64,000 nt of DNA from an uncultured Clostridia bacterium (GTDB lineage: Bacteria; Bacillota; Clostridia; TANB77; CAG-508): NCBI GenBank assembly GCA_934130285.1, contig CAKOXT010000001.1:165082-229081 (forward strand), given 5' to 3'. The notes beneath the pieces are model-generated. The model saw nothing but the letters and a program-made list of their open reading frames with translations. It was not told where the DNA came from and did no database searches. Position numbers and translations under genes: made by a program. Of the stretch, positions 46,704 through 56,518 are shown one piece after another. Every line of letters begins with the position of its first letter. The stretch's first letter is position 1.

Positions 46704-49304
46704 GTGAGTAATATGAATTTGTTGAATAGATTGACTTTAAAGAATTTGAGGCTGAACAAAAAGAGAACTTTGGTTACTATAATTGGTATTATTTTGTCTA
46801 CGGCTTTAATTACTGGTGTTGCAACTCTTGTTAGTAGTTTTAGGAGTACGATTATTGAATATGAAAAGCAGCATTCTGGGGATTATCATTATGTGTTTTA
46901 TAATGTACCTGCTGATGATTTGAAGTACATAAGAAATAATAGAAATGTTGAGGATGTATATTTAAATGAAGATTTAGGTTATAGTTTATTGAATGGCGGA
47001 AAGAATGAGGATAAACCTTATTTGTATTTGAAAGCATATTCAAAAGGTTCTATTGAAAAATTGGGCATTAGTTTAGTTGATGGACGTTTGCCAGAGAATG
47101 ATAATGAAGTTGTAATTTCATCTCATATAAAATCTAATGGTGGTGTTGAATATAAAATTGGTGATGAACTTGATTTGAATTTAGGAGAGAGGATTAGTGA
47201 TGGTGAAAGCTTAGGACAAGGTGTGGCTCTGAAAGATGTTGAAAATGAAGAATTTGTTCCTAAAAGTGAGAAAACTTACAAGATTGTTGGAATAATTGAA
47301 AGACCTAATTTGGATATTGAACCTTATAGAGCACCTGGATATACGGTGTTAACAATATTAAGTGACAAATATGTCACAAATAATTTGAATGTGTATGTAA
47401 GGTATAAAGACGTAAAGAAACATATTACTACAACTGCTCAAATTATAGGAATTGATGAACAAGTAATGAAACGTATAACAGATCCATCTAATGGAATGAT
47501 TAGTGAGTCAGATGCTGAAGCTTTTGGAAATGCTAAATATTCATTTTCTGAAAATGATGGTTTATTAAGATGGGAAAATTTAGAGTTTAATGAAAGTACT
47601 ACAAATACATTATATGCAGTTAGTGCTGTTGTTATAGTTATTATTATTGTTACTTCTGTTTTTTGTATTAAAAATAGTTTTGAAATTTCTATTACAGAAA
47701 AAACAAGACAGTATGGTATGCTTGCCTCTGTTGGTGCTACTTCAAGACAGATTAAAAAGAATGTTTTGTATGAAGGTTTAATCCTAGGACTTATTGGAAT
47801 TCCTGTTGGAATATTAAGTGGTTTAGTAGCTATTTTTATTTTACTTAAAGTTATTTCAAATATTTTAAAAGACTTTTTAGGCATAGAATTTATATATACA
47901 ACAAGTTTTTTAGCAATAGCAATTTCAATTGTTATTGCTAATATTACTATTTATTTATCTGCTAGAAAGTCTGCGAAGAAGGCTAGCAAAATCTCACCAA
48001 TTGAAGCTATTAGAAATGCAGATGATATAAAAATTAAAGCTAAGAAATTAAGAACGCCAAAGATTATAAAAAGATTATTTGGTATAGGTGGAGATATTTC
48101 ATATAAGAATTTAAAAAGAAATAGAAAGAAATATAGAACAACAGTAATTTCAATTATTGTTAGTGTTTCAATTTTTATTGCGATGAGTGCATTTGTACAA
48201 TATGCATTTGGTGCTACATCCGTATATTACAAAAATTACGATTATAATCTTGTGGCAATTGCGAGTGAAAGTGATATTAATCAGTTATTAGAAATTGCAA
48301 AAAATGATACTGTAAAAAAATATTCTATTGCTAGACAATTAGTGCTTGATGTTTCTGGAAAAGAGCTTACAAATCATTATACTAATGAAAAAAAGAGTGC
48401 TGATGAGAGTATTGGTGTTATAAATCCTGATAATGAAAAGGATTACATAACAATTGTTGCAGTTGGAAAAGAAGAATATATGAGATTTTTAAATAAGAAT
48501 GGTTTAAAGTATGAAGATGTAAAAGATAAAGTTATTTTAAAGGATTCGACTAAAACGTATATTGATAGTAAGAAAGTATATTCTATGTATAGAATTTATG
48601 ATTATAAAAAAGGTGATCATATTAGTGCTAGTATAGATGATAAGAGTATTGATTTAGAAATTGTTGCGATTGTTGATTCAGTGCCTATGGGACTTCAAAA
48701 TGATTATTATTCAAATGGAATGTTTATAGTTAGTGATGAGTTTTTTGATAAATATAAAACAAAAGATGATATGAATGCAAGTTTGTATGTTGATTCTAGT
48801 GCTCCAAGTGAGCTTGAAGAAATTGCCAAGAAGTCAAGTGGAGTAAAATATGTGGAAAATATTGAAACTATGGCTAAAACACAAAGTGCAATCTGGTTGG
48901 TTATTTCTATTTTCTTGTATGGATTTATTGCTGTTATTTCTTTGATTGGTATTACAAATATATTTAATACTATTACAACTAATATGGAGTTGCGCCAAAA
49001 GGAATTTGCTAATTTGAAATCAATTGGTATGACGAAAAAAGAGTTTAATAGAATGATTAGACTTGAGAGCGTGTTATATGGTGGTAAGGCTTTGATTATT
49101 GGTATACCAATTGGAATTGGTTTGTCTTATTTATTATTTAAATCTTTTGGTATTGGATATGAGATGACGTACGAGTTACCATTAAAAGCAATTGGCATTT
49201 CAATTATTGCTGTTGTTGTTTTAATTTGGGTTATTATGAGATTTTCATTGAAGAAGATTAATAAGCAAAATATTATTGAGACAATAAGGAAGGATAATAT
49301 ATAG
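46704..49304 (+). CDS. ABC transporter permease with duplicated FtsX/MacB-type modules (two large extracytoplasmic domains, 8 TM)
   Basis: Repeated architecture of TM, large loop, then 3 TM, twice. 866 aa. Follows the ATPase with a 1-nt gap. Confidence 0.8.
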   Translation: MSNMNLLNRLTLKNLRLNKKRTLVTIIGIILSTALITGVATLVSSFRSTIIEYEKQHSGDYHYVFYNVPADDLKYIRNNRNVEDVYLNEDLGYSLLNGGKNEDKPYLYLKAYSKGSIEKLGISLVDGRLPENDNEVVISSHIKSNGGVEYKIGDELDLNLGERISDGESLGQGVALKDVENEEFVPKSEKTYKIVGIIERPNLDIEPYRAPGYTVLTILSDKYVTNNLNVYVRYKDVKKHITTTAQIIGIDEQVMKRITDPSNGMISESDAEAFGNAKYSFSENDGLLRWENLEFNESTTNTLYAVSAVVIVIIIVTSVFCIKNSFEISITEKTRQYGMLASVGATSRQIKKNVLYEGLILGLIGIPVGILSGLVAIFILLKVISNILKDFLGIEFIYTTSFLAIAISIVIANITIYLSARKSAKKASKISPIEAIRNADDIKIKAKKLRTPKIIKRLFGIGGDISYKNLKRNRKKYRTTVISIIVSVSIFIAMSAFVQYAFGATSVYYKNYDYNLVAIASESDINQLLEIAKNDTVKKYSIARQLVLDVSGKELTNHYTNEKKSADESIGVINPDNEKDYITIVAVGKEEYMRFLNKNGLKYEDVKDKVILKDSTKTYIDSKKVYSMYRIYDYKKGDHISASIDDKSIDLEIVAIVDSVPMGLQNDYYSNGMFIVSDEFFDKYKTKDDMNASLYVDSSAPSELEEIAKKSSGVKYVENIETMAKTQSAIWLVISIFLYGFIAVISLIGITNIFNTITTNMELRQKEFANLKSIGMTKKEFNRMIRLESVLYGGKALIIGIPIGIGLSYLLFKSFGIGYEMTYELPLKAIGISIIAVVVLIWVIMRFSLKKINKQNIIETIRKDNI

Positions 49305-49310
49305 TTTGAA

Positions 49311-49357
49311 AAAGTAAAGGAAAAGGGGTCATATGACCCCTTTTCCTTTACTTTTTC
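49311..49357. terminator. bidirectional terminator (aaaggaaaaggggtcatatgaccccttttccttt, perfect palindrome)
   Basis: Long perfect hairpin between convergent genes. Confidence 0.8.
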
Positions 49358-49578
49358 TTTAACTTGCACCGGCGCACCTGAATTGCTTTAACAGAATGTT
49401 GAATGATTTTTGACAACTCAGTATCAGAAATAAGATGCTCTAAAACCATTTTATCTTGTTCAACAGTCCAAGTGTTCGGACCGTAAGAACCGGTTTTGCC
49501 ATAGTATCTTTTTTTCTGAGCATTTGTAGTTTTCCGAAACTTTTTCATATCGGCATACGCATATTTTCTGTTTGGCAT
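49348..49578 (-). CDS. Myb/SANT-like DNA-binding protein (RsfA-like small regulator)
   Basis: WTVEQDKMVLEH...SVKAIQ.R Myb-like repeat. Start at 49578 behind AAGGAGAG (the track's longer start includes the RBS). Confidence 0.55.
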   Translation of the reverse strand: MPNRKYAYADMKKFRKTTNAQKKRYYGKTGSYGPNTWTVEQDKMVLEHLISDTELSKIIQHSVKAIQVRRCKLKKK

Positions 49579-49720
49579 ATTTGCTCTCCTTATCAAATTA
49601 TTGTTTGCAAGTTACCAAAATAACTTGAGAATCTCAAGTTGAAAAGATTATAACACATATTAGCTATTTCTCCAATCTATATTTTTATAAAAAGAAAAAA
49701 AGACTGCAACAAGTCCTTTT

Positions 49721-49978
49721 TTAGATTTTAGATTTCATACCAGCAAAAAGATCAATAATATCAATTTTTAAAATATGTGCAATTCCATATAATTCATAAT
49801 CTTTTACTGTTCTTTTATTGTTTTCAATATCATATAAACTTTGCTTATGAATGCTTATACCAAGTAATTCGAGTTTGGCTGATAATTGTTCGTAGGATAG
49901 ATTATTTTTTAATCTATATTTTTTTATATTTGCACCAGTTACATTCATATTTCTATTAAATTTTGCAATCAAAGACAT
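49721..49978 (-). CDS. XRE-family (Cro/C1-type HTH) transcriptional regulator
   Basis: HTH_3 signature (IKKYRLKNNLSYEQLSAKLELLGISIHKQSLYDIENNKR). Confidence 0.8.
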   Translation of the reverse strand: MSLIAKFNRNMNVTGANIKKYRLKNNLSYEQLSAKLELLGISIHKQSLYDIENNKRTVKDYELYGIAHILKIDIIDLFAGMKSKI

Positions 49979-50091
49979 ATTTAATCACTCCAAAATTATT
50001 TTATGTATTGATTTTATAATTTATTGATGTTACACTTATAAGGGTTAACACTTTAAAGTGGTTTGAATATTTAATGATGGAGGGAGAAAAA

Positions 50092-50391
50092 ATGATTATC
50101 GATGAATTAGCGGTGTATGTAATTGTTGCATTTATTATTTTAATTACGTGTGGAATAATTACAGATGCTATAGGAGAAGCAAAAGGATATAAAAAAAGCT
50201 TTTTTTATATAGGATATTTACTTGGAATATTTGGTATAATTATTGTTGTTTGTTTACCAGATAATTCTATGCAAGTAGTAAATAATGAAAAATGGGAAAG
50301 GTATGAGAAAATAGAAAGATTATATAATTTGAGAGAAAAAAATATTATATCTCAAGAAGAATTCGAAGAGGAAAAAACAAAAATTATTTGA
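50092..50391 (+). CDS. membrane protein with C-terminal SHOCT domain
   Basis: Two TM helices and a C-terminus LYNLREKNIISQEEFEEEK typical of SHOCT. Start 50092 behind GGAGGGAG. Confidence 0.65.
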   Translation: MIIDELAVYVIVAFIILITCGIITDAIGEAKGYKKSFFYIGYLLGIFGIIIVVCLPDNSMQVVNNEKWERYEKIERLYNLREKNIISQEEFEEEKTKII

Positions 50392-50598
50392 TGGAGTTTT
50401 TATTTTTGAAAAGACTACAACTTTAAAATAGGTGTATTTATTTGTATTGAAAACAAAATAAATTTAAAAAGAAAGAGAAAAAATTTTATAACGAATTTTA
50501 GAATTGGTTTTGGAGTATTTCAAGGCCAATTTTTTGTGCTTGACAATGAGTAAAATATAACATAAGTTCTAAGAATGTTAAAAGATTGGAGAAAATAA

Positions 50599-50760
50599 AT
50601 GGAAAGATTTAAAATAATAACAGCAGTACATTTAATTTTGATAAAAAATAGACCTGAAATTGAGCTGATTGAAATGGAAGGCATGAATTACCATATGGAA
50701 ATTGAGGAGTTAGAAATTGTTACGAATAAGATGATTGAGAAAATAAAAGTAGAAATATAA
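50599..50760 (+). CDS. small hypothetical protein (53 aa), not in the ORF track
   Basis: ATG 50599 behind TTGGAGA. Stop overlaps the (AAATAT)5 microsatellite. Confidence 0.35.
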   Translation: MERFKIITAVHLILIKNRPEIELIEMEGMNYHMEIEELEIVTNKMIEKIKVEI

Positions 50761-50782
50761 ATATAAATATAAATATAAATAT
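50753..50782. repeat. hexanucleotide microsatellite (AAATAT)5
   Basis: Five perfect tandem units. Confidence 0.8.
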
Positions 50783-50942
50783 ATTTTTATGAGTGCTGTT
50801 TTTTATTTAATAAACATTATATTATTGAAACGATACGAATGATATTATATAAAATATAGTATAAACTTTGATAAAAATAATATAATAATATTGACTTATG
50901 TATTACAATGTAGTACAATTATTTTGGAAGGAGTTGATACTT

Positions 50943-51161
50943 ATGACAATTTCTGTTAGATTAAGTGAAGAAGATACGGAATTAATAAAAGCATACGCTA
51001 CTCTTAATAATATATCAGTATCTGAATTAATAAGAAATGCTGTATTAGAAAAAATAGAAGATGAATACGATTTGGAAAGTTATAAAAAAGCAATAAAAGA
51101 GTATAAGAATAATCCTAAAACTTATACATTAGATGAAGTAAAGGAGGAACTAGGCTTATAG
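50943..51161 (+). CDS. RelB/DinJ-type ribbon-helix-helix antitoxin
   Basis: MTISVRLSEEDTELIKAYA... behind GGAAGGAG. Precedes and overlaps the toxin gene. Confidence 0.65.
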   Translation: MTISVRLSEEDTELIKAYATLNNISVSELIRNAVLEKIEDEYDLESYKKAIKEYKNNPKTYTLDEVKEELGL

Positions 51162-51427
51162 TGAAATATAGAATCGTGTTTACAGATAAAGCAAAAAAAC
51201 AATTAAAAAAATTAGATAAATATACTGCATCACTTATAATTGGATGGTTGGAGAAAAATGTTGAGGGGTGTGAAAATCCTAGATTACATGGAAAAGGATT
51301 AATTGAAAATCGAGCTGGTCAATGGAGATATCGTATTGGTGATTATAGAGTAATTTGTGAAATAAAAGATGATGAAATAATTGTACTGATATTGGATGTA
51401 GGACATAGAAGAAATATATATGGATAA
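51161..51427 (+). CDS. RelE/ParE-family toxin (GTG start)
   Basis: …WRYRIGDYRVICEIKDDEIIVLILDVGHRRNIY RelE/StbE-like C-terminus. Confidence 0.75.
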   Translation: MKYRIVFTDKAKKQLKKLDKYTASLIIGWLEKNVEGCENPRLHGKGLIENRAGQWRYRIGDYRVICEIKDDEIIVLILDVGHRRNIYG

Positions 51428-51455
51428 ATTTAGAAGTGATGAAAATAATAAACTT

Positions 51456-51489
51456 AACAAATAGTCTACTTTATGGTAGACTATTTGTT
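51456..51489 (+). terminator. rho-independent terminator (aacaaatagtctac...gtagactatttgtt)
   Basis: Perfect 14-bp stem. Confidence 0.7.
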
Positions 51490-51509
51490 AGTTTAGGGAG
51501 AAGAATATT

Positions 51510-53192
51510 ATGAAAGATTTTTTGAAAGTAAATTATAAATATATTATTGTGATCTTTATTATTAGTCTTGTTATGACATTTTTTATGACTAAAAAGGAAG
51601 GTTTTCATGAGGATGAAATGTTTTCTTATGGTTCATCTAATTACGCTTATGACAATGTTTACAGACCTTATGGCAAGGAAGATGAAACGAATATTTTCGT
51701 TAAAGAAAAAATCATGAATGGTAATATTATTCAGAATTTGAAGTATTATTTAATTGATCATAGAGACATAAAAGATGAAACCTTGGCTAATATTAAGTCT
51801 GAGTTTGTTCCAACATGGAGAAGTTCGGATGAGGCAAATGATTATTTAACTATTCAGCCCAAAGACGCATTAAATTATGGAATGGTTTATTATAATCAAT
51901 CTCGTGATATTCATCCGCCACTTTTTTATTTTTTAGTACATACAGTTTCAATATTTTTTATGGGGCATTTTTCAAAGTATATTATTTTTAGTATTAATCT
52001 TGTTTTTATGATTTTAAGTTTGTGGATTATAAAAAATATTTTTGAAAAATTGGATAAAAAGTATTTAATAATTCCTGCTTTAATTTTGTACGGATTCAGT
52101 ATGGGAGCAATTTCAACAGTTATTTTTCAGAGAATGTATTCTATGCTTAATTTCTTTGTTTTAATGTTTATTTCAGCTAATATTGATATTATAAAAAAGA
52201 ATTTTGAAATAGATAGAAAGTTATGGAACAAACTTACTTGGATTGTTTTACTTGGATTTTGGACTCAATATTATTTTTGCATTATTGCTGGAATGATTGC
52301 AGTTTTAGTCTTTATAGGAGTAATAAAAAAACAAGGAAAACAGGGAGTTATATCATATATTTTGAAATATTTAAAAATGGCTGTGATAGGTGTATTACTG
52401 TTTCCTTTAAGTATTAATCATATTTTCTTCTCATATCGTGGTGTTGGAAAAGCTGAAATGGTTAGAGGGTTTGGAGAAAAGCTAGTAGAATATTTGAATA
52501 TAATTGGATATTCTTTTTCAGTTCCTATTTTAGCAATTGGCATATGCTTGCTTGTGGTAATTATGGCAGTTGGAATTAAGGCTTTAATTGAAAAGAAAAT
52601 TGATAAAAATGCTTTGTGTGCAGGTGCAATTATATTTTCTGTAGTTGGCTATATTTGTATTATTGTAAAGGTTTCACCAGAATTACAAGATTCGAATATT
52701 ATAAGATATATAATGTGTATATTACCATTGATTGTTATTTCAATTTTATTGTTAATTGATACTGTTATTAAAAATAAAATTGTGTTAAAATATAGTTTAG
52801 TTGGAATTTCGTTTGTAGTTTCAGTGTATGGATTAATATTTAGCCAACCAGCTTTTCTTTATAAGGGTTATGCTAAATATTTAGAAATTGCTGAAGAAAA
52901 CAAGGAAGATAAATTTGTATATGTTGGAGATACAGTGTTTAATCATATTCAAAGCATGCCTGAATTCGCAACATATAGTGAGAGTTTGATATTGAATGAA
53001 AATCAATTAGATGTTTTAGAAAAAGATTCTAAACTTTCAGAAGAAAATGAATTTATTTTGAGCATAAAAAAATATAAAGGTGCTGATGAGATTTTAGCTA
53101 AAGTTATTGAAAAAACTGGCTTTTCAAATTATGAAGTTTTGCTTGATGATGATGGAGATGTTGGTTGTAAGATTTACAGAGTGATGAGGTAG
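51510..53192 (+). CDS. polytopic membrane protein, putative GT-C-type glycosyltransferase (ArnT/PMT-like)
   Basis: At least 10 predicted TM helices with an acidic motif (HEDEMFSYGSS) in the first loop. Assignment is tentative. Confidence 0.45.
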   Translation: MKDFLKVNYKYIIVIFIISLVMTFFMTKKEGFHEDEMFSYGSSNYAYDNVYRPYGKEDETNIFVKEKIMNGNIIQNLKYYLIDHRDIKDETLANIKSEFVPTWRSSDEANDYLTIQPKDALNYGMVYYNQSRDIHPPLFYFLVHTVSIFFMGHFSKYIIFSINLVFMILSLWIIKNIFEKLDKKYLIIPALILYGFSMGAISTVIFQRMYSMLNFFVLMFISANIDIIKKNFEIDRKLWNKLTWIVLLGFWTQYYFCIIAGMIAVLVFIGVIKKQGKQGVISYILKYLKMAVIGVLLFPLSINHIFFSYRGVGKAEMVRGFGEKLVEYLNIIGYSFSVPILAIGICLLVVIMAVGIKALIEKKIDKNALCAGAIIFSVVGYICIIVKVSPELQDSNIIRYIMCILPLIVISILLLIDTVIKNKIVLKYSLVGISFVVSVYGLIFSQPAFLYKGYAKYLEIAEENKEDKFVYVGDTVFNHIQSMPEFATYSESLILNENQLDVLEKDSKLSEENEFILSIKKYKGADEILAKVIEKTGFSNYEVLLDDDGDVGCKIYRVMR

Positions 53193-53194
53193 AA

Positions 53195-53920
53195 ATGATA
53201 TTTGTTGATAAAGTAAAAACAGGATTAAAAGATGTTGGAAAAGATTGTTTAATAAAAAATGAGTCAATTCTCGAAATTCTTGAAAATGTTGGAGGAGAAC
53301 ATTCAAATTTAGCTGGGTATGGAATATTAGATATTGAAAGAACAAAGCTTAGTTGGATTTTACTTGATTGGAAAGTTAAGGTTTTAAAAAGACCGTTATA
53401 TGCTGATGAGTTGGAAGTTAAAACTTGGGGGAGATGTTTTCAAAAGGCGTACACATATAGAGATTTTGAAATTTATAATTCAAAAGGTGAGTTATGTGTT
53501 ATTGCTACTTCAAAGTGGGCTATGATTAATATTGAAACTAGAAGAATTGTTAGAATGGGTGATGAAATAAAAGGTGCATATTTACCGGAAGAGCATTATG
53601 CTTTTGAAGAAGAAGTTTTATCCAAACCAGAAGTTCCCATTGAATTTTCAAATGAGTTCAAATATACTGTTTCTAGAAAAGATATTGATATTAATGGTCA
53701 TATGCATAATACATATTATTTGAATTTGGCTTATGAAGTCTTACCAGAAGAGGTTTATAACGAAAGACCGTATGATTCTTTTAGAATAACATATAAGCAT
53801 GAGATTAAATTAGGAGATACTGTTGTTTGTAAGTATGCTTATTTTAATAATAAACATGTTGTTGTTGTCATGAATGAGGATGGAAGTGTTGTTAATTCTA
53901 TAATTGAATTAGCAAAATAG
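53195..53920 (+). CDS. acyl-[acyl-carrier-protein] thioesterase
   Basis: Two hot-dog halves with the catalytic region DIDINGHMHNTYYLN. 241 aa. Confidence 0.75.
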   Translation: MIFVDKVKTGLKDVGKDCLIKNESILEILENVGGEHSNLAGYGILDIERTKLSWILLDWKVKVLKRPLYADELEVKTWGRCFQKAYTYRDFEIYNSKGELCVIATSKWAMINIETRRIVRMGDEIKGAYLPEEHYAFEEEVLSKPEVPIEFSNEFKYTVSRKDIDINGHMHNTYYLNLAYEVLPEEVYNERPYDSFRITYKHEIKLGDTVVCKYAYFNNKHVVVVMNEDGSVVNSIIELAK

Positions 53921-53944
53921 AATGTAATTACAAAGGATTTTAAG

Positions 53945-54412
53945 ATGAAGTTAAATAGTAAAATGGAGTTTTATAAATATATTTATAAGTTGACTAAATA
54001 TAGGTATATTAAAAATTTGCTTAAAAATTATAAGCAACATGGAAAAACGTCTGTATGGGAACATTCTAGGAATGTGGCATATAGAAGTTTTATGCTAGCT
54101 AAGAAATTGGAGAAGAGGTACAATATTCAATTCAATTATGATGATTTGCTTGTTGGTGCTTATTTACATGATTTTTTCTTGTATGATTGGCACGAGAAGG
54201 ATAAATCTCATAAATGGCATGGATTTAGACATCCACGAACTGCTGCTAAAAATGCGAAGGAGATGTTTGATATTTCTGAGAGCGAGCAGAAGATTATTGA
54301 GTCTCATATGTGGCCTCTTACTATAACGAAGTTGCCAAAGTCTAAAGAGGCTTTGCTTGTTTGTATGGTTGATAAGTATTCGGCTATACTTGAAACTGTT
54401 AATAGAAAATAA
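53945..54412 (+). CDS. HD-domain protein
   Basis: H...HD motif ([15 protein letters not shown]...H). Confidence 0.6.
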   Translation: MKLNSKMEFYKYIYKLTKYRYIKNLLKNYKQHGKTSVWEHSRNVAYRSFMLAKKLEKRYNIQFNYDDLLVGAYLHDFFLYDWHEKDKSHKWHGFRHPRTAAKNAKEMFDISESEQKIIESHMWPLTITKLPKSKEALLVCMVDKYSAILETVNRK

Positions 54413-54475
54413 AGTAAAGGAATGCAATAGCTTTTAAAGTTATTGTATTTTTTTGCATTTGGAAACATAGAATAT

Positions 54476-54659
54476 ACAAAAAAGAAAATATATATTATTT
54501 TTTCATACCTTGCTGTCGCAATCTTGATGAGCCTCTGTTCTTTCAGAACAACGGCTCTTTCATTTGAAAAGATTGCTTCAATCGCAGTCACAAAGCCTTG
54601 CTTTGTTCCTTTGGTCGCTGCGCGGTAGTTCAAAAATTAATATATATTTTCTTTTTTGT
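54476..54659. repeat. MITE-like palindromic repeat, copy B
   Basis: Core matches copy A apart from an 18-nt hairpin-extending insertion. Terminal inverted repeats ACAAAAAAGAAAATATATATTATTTTTT / AAAAATTAATATATATTTTCTTTTTTGT. Confidence 0.7.
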
Positions 54660-54796
54660 TATCTAAGTTCAAAGAATATAACTGTTAAAAGCTATTTTTT
54701 GTACTGACCCGCCAGTCTAATGATTTTGTTCTTCAATAATGTTATAAAAGTTATAGGAATTTTTGGGGATAGAAATAAGGAAAGGGTTTATAAAAT

Positions 54797-56518
54797 ATGG
54801 CAAACGGGTTATATGAATATATAGAGATTTCTGATTTGAAAGATATGCTTGAAAAATCAGGAGAGTTGTATGGAGAAAATATAGCATACAAAATAAAAGA
54901 TGATGATAAATATATAACATTTACACATAAAGAAGTTAGGAAAATGATAAATGGATTAGGAACTGCACTTATTAATATGGGGCTTAAAGGCAAAAGAATT
55001 GCGGTAATTGGCGAAAATAGATATGAGTGGGAAATTGCTTATTTGGCAATTGCAACTGGAACAGGTATAGTTGTTCCACTGGATAAATCATTACCAGAAA
55101 ATGAATTAAGAAATTTGATTGAACGTTCAGGTGTTGAAGCAATTTTTTATACACAAAAATATGAAGATTTATTAATAAAAATGAAGCATGAGGCTGTCGG
55201 AAAATTAAAACATTTAATAAATATGGATTTAAAAGCTCATACTGATGGAATTTATTCTGAAGTTGAACTTATTCAGTATGGAAAAAATTTGCTTGATGAT
55301 GGTAATAAAGAATTTGTAAATGCAAAGATTGATGCTAATAAAATGGGTATAATGCTTTTTACATCAGGTACAACATCTGCTTCAAAAATTGTTGCATTAT
55401 CTCATAAAAATATATGCTCAAATTTGATGGATATTGCTTCAGTTTTAGACATTAATGAACATGATGTGTTTTTATCCTTTTTACCTTTACATCATGTATT
55501 TGAATGTACAGTTGGATTTTTATTTTCTCTTTATAAAGGAGCTCAGACTGTTTTTGCAGATGGAATAAGACATATTGTAGAAAATATGAACGAATATCAT
55601 GTTACTGTAATGGCTTCTGTTCCAGCAATTTATGAAAGAATTTTTAAAATTATTTCAAAGCAAATGGAAAATAGAAATATGAAAGAAAAAATTGTTGAAT
55701 TAGAAGAAAAATATTCAAATGCTTCTATGGAAGAAAAAAAGGAGGTTTTCGCTGAGATTCATGAAATGCTTGGTGGTAATGTTAGATTACTAATTTCTGG
55801 AGCAGCTAGTTTAGATCCAACTGTTGAAGCTAAGTATAGAAAACTTGGATTGAATTTGGTTCAAGGATACGGATTGACAGAAACGTCACCAGTTGTTGCT
55901 GTTGGAAATAAAGTTTATAACAAAGTTGGTTCTGTTGGCAAAACAGTTCCACATGTAAAAGCTAAAATAGTAAATGCTGATAAAGATGGAATGGGTGAAC
56001 TTATTGTTTCAGGACCTAGTATTATGCTTGAGTATTATGAAAATAGTGAAGCTACCAAGGATGCATTGGTTGATGGTTGGTTTTACACTGGTGATTTAGC
56101 AAAAATCGATGATGAAGGATATATTTTCATATGTGGCAGAAAGAAGAGTGTTATTGTTTTAAAAAATGGAAAAAATATTTTTCCAGAAGAAATGGAGAAC
56201 TTATTAAATAGAATTGAGGGGATTGAAGAATCTTTTGTATATGGAAGACCAGTTTCTGATGATCCGAACGATTTAAAAATTTTTGCTGAATTAGTATATA
56301 ACGAAGAAACTGTTATGAAAGCATATAAGGTTAATAATTTTGAAGAAATACATGATGTGATTTTTCAAAAAGTTAAAGAAATAAATAAAACAATGCCTCC
56401 ATATAAGGCTATTAAAGGAATTATATTAACAAAAGAAGCTTTGATAAAAACTACTACTGGAAAAATAAAAAGAAATGAAAATTTAAAAAAGGTTTTGAAA
56501 AAATATGAAGTTAGATAA
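54797..56518 (+). CDS. long-chain fatty-acid--CoA ligase (AMP-binding family)
   Basis: AMP-binding motif LFTSGTTSASK and an adenylate-forming C-terminal domain. Confidence 0.85.
   Translation: MANGLYEYIEISDLKDMLEKSGELYGENIAYKIKDDDKYITFTHKEVRKMINGLGTALINMGLKGKRIAVIGENRYEWEIAYLAIATGTGIVVPLDKSLPENELRNLIERSGVEAIFYTQKYEDLLIKMKHEAVGKLKHLINMDLKAHTDGIYSEVELIQYGKNLLDDGNKEFVNAKIDANKMGIMLFTSGTTSASKIVALSHKNICSNLMDIASVLDINEHDVFLSFLPLHHVFECTVGFLFSLYKGAQTVFADGIRHIVENMNEYHVTVMASVPAIYERIFKIISKQMENRNMKEKIVELEEKYSNASMEEKKEVFAEIHEMLGGNVRLLISGAASLDPTVEAKYRKLGLNLVQGYGLTETSPVVAVGNKVYNKVGSVGKTVPHVKAKIVNADKDGMGELIVSGPSIMLEYYENSEATKDALVDGWFYTGDLAKIDDEGYIFICGRKKSVIVLKNGKNIFPEEMENLLNRIEGIEESFVYGRPVSDDPNDLKIFAELVYNEETVMKAYKVNNFEEIHDVIFQKVKEINKTMPPYKAIKGIILTKEALIKTTTGKIKRNENLKKVLKKYEVR

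Noticed and set aside
50753-50782. CRISPR array
   Set aside because: The only tandem array is a 6-bp microsatellite without spacers. No cas genes or repeat-spacer structure exist anywhere in the window.
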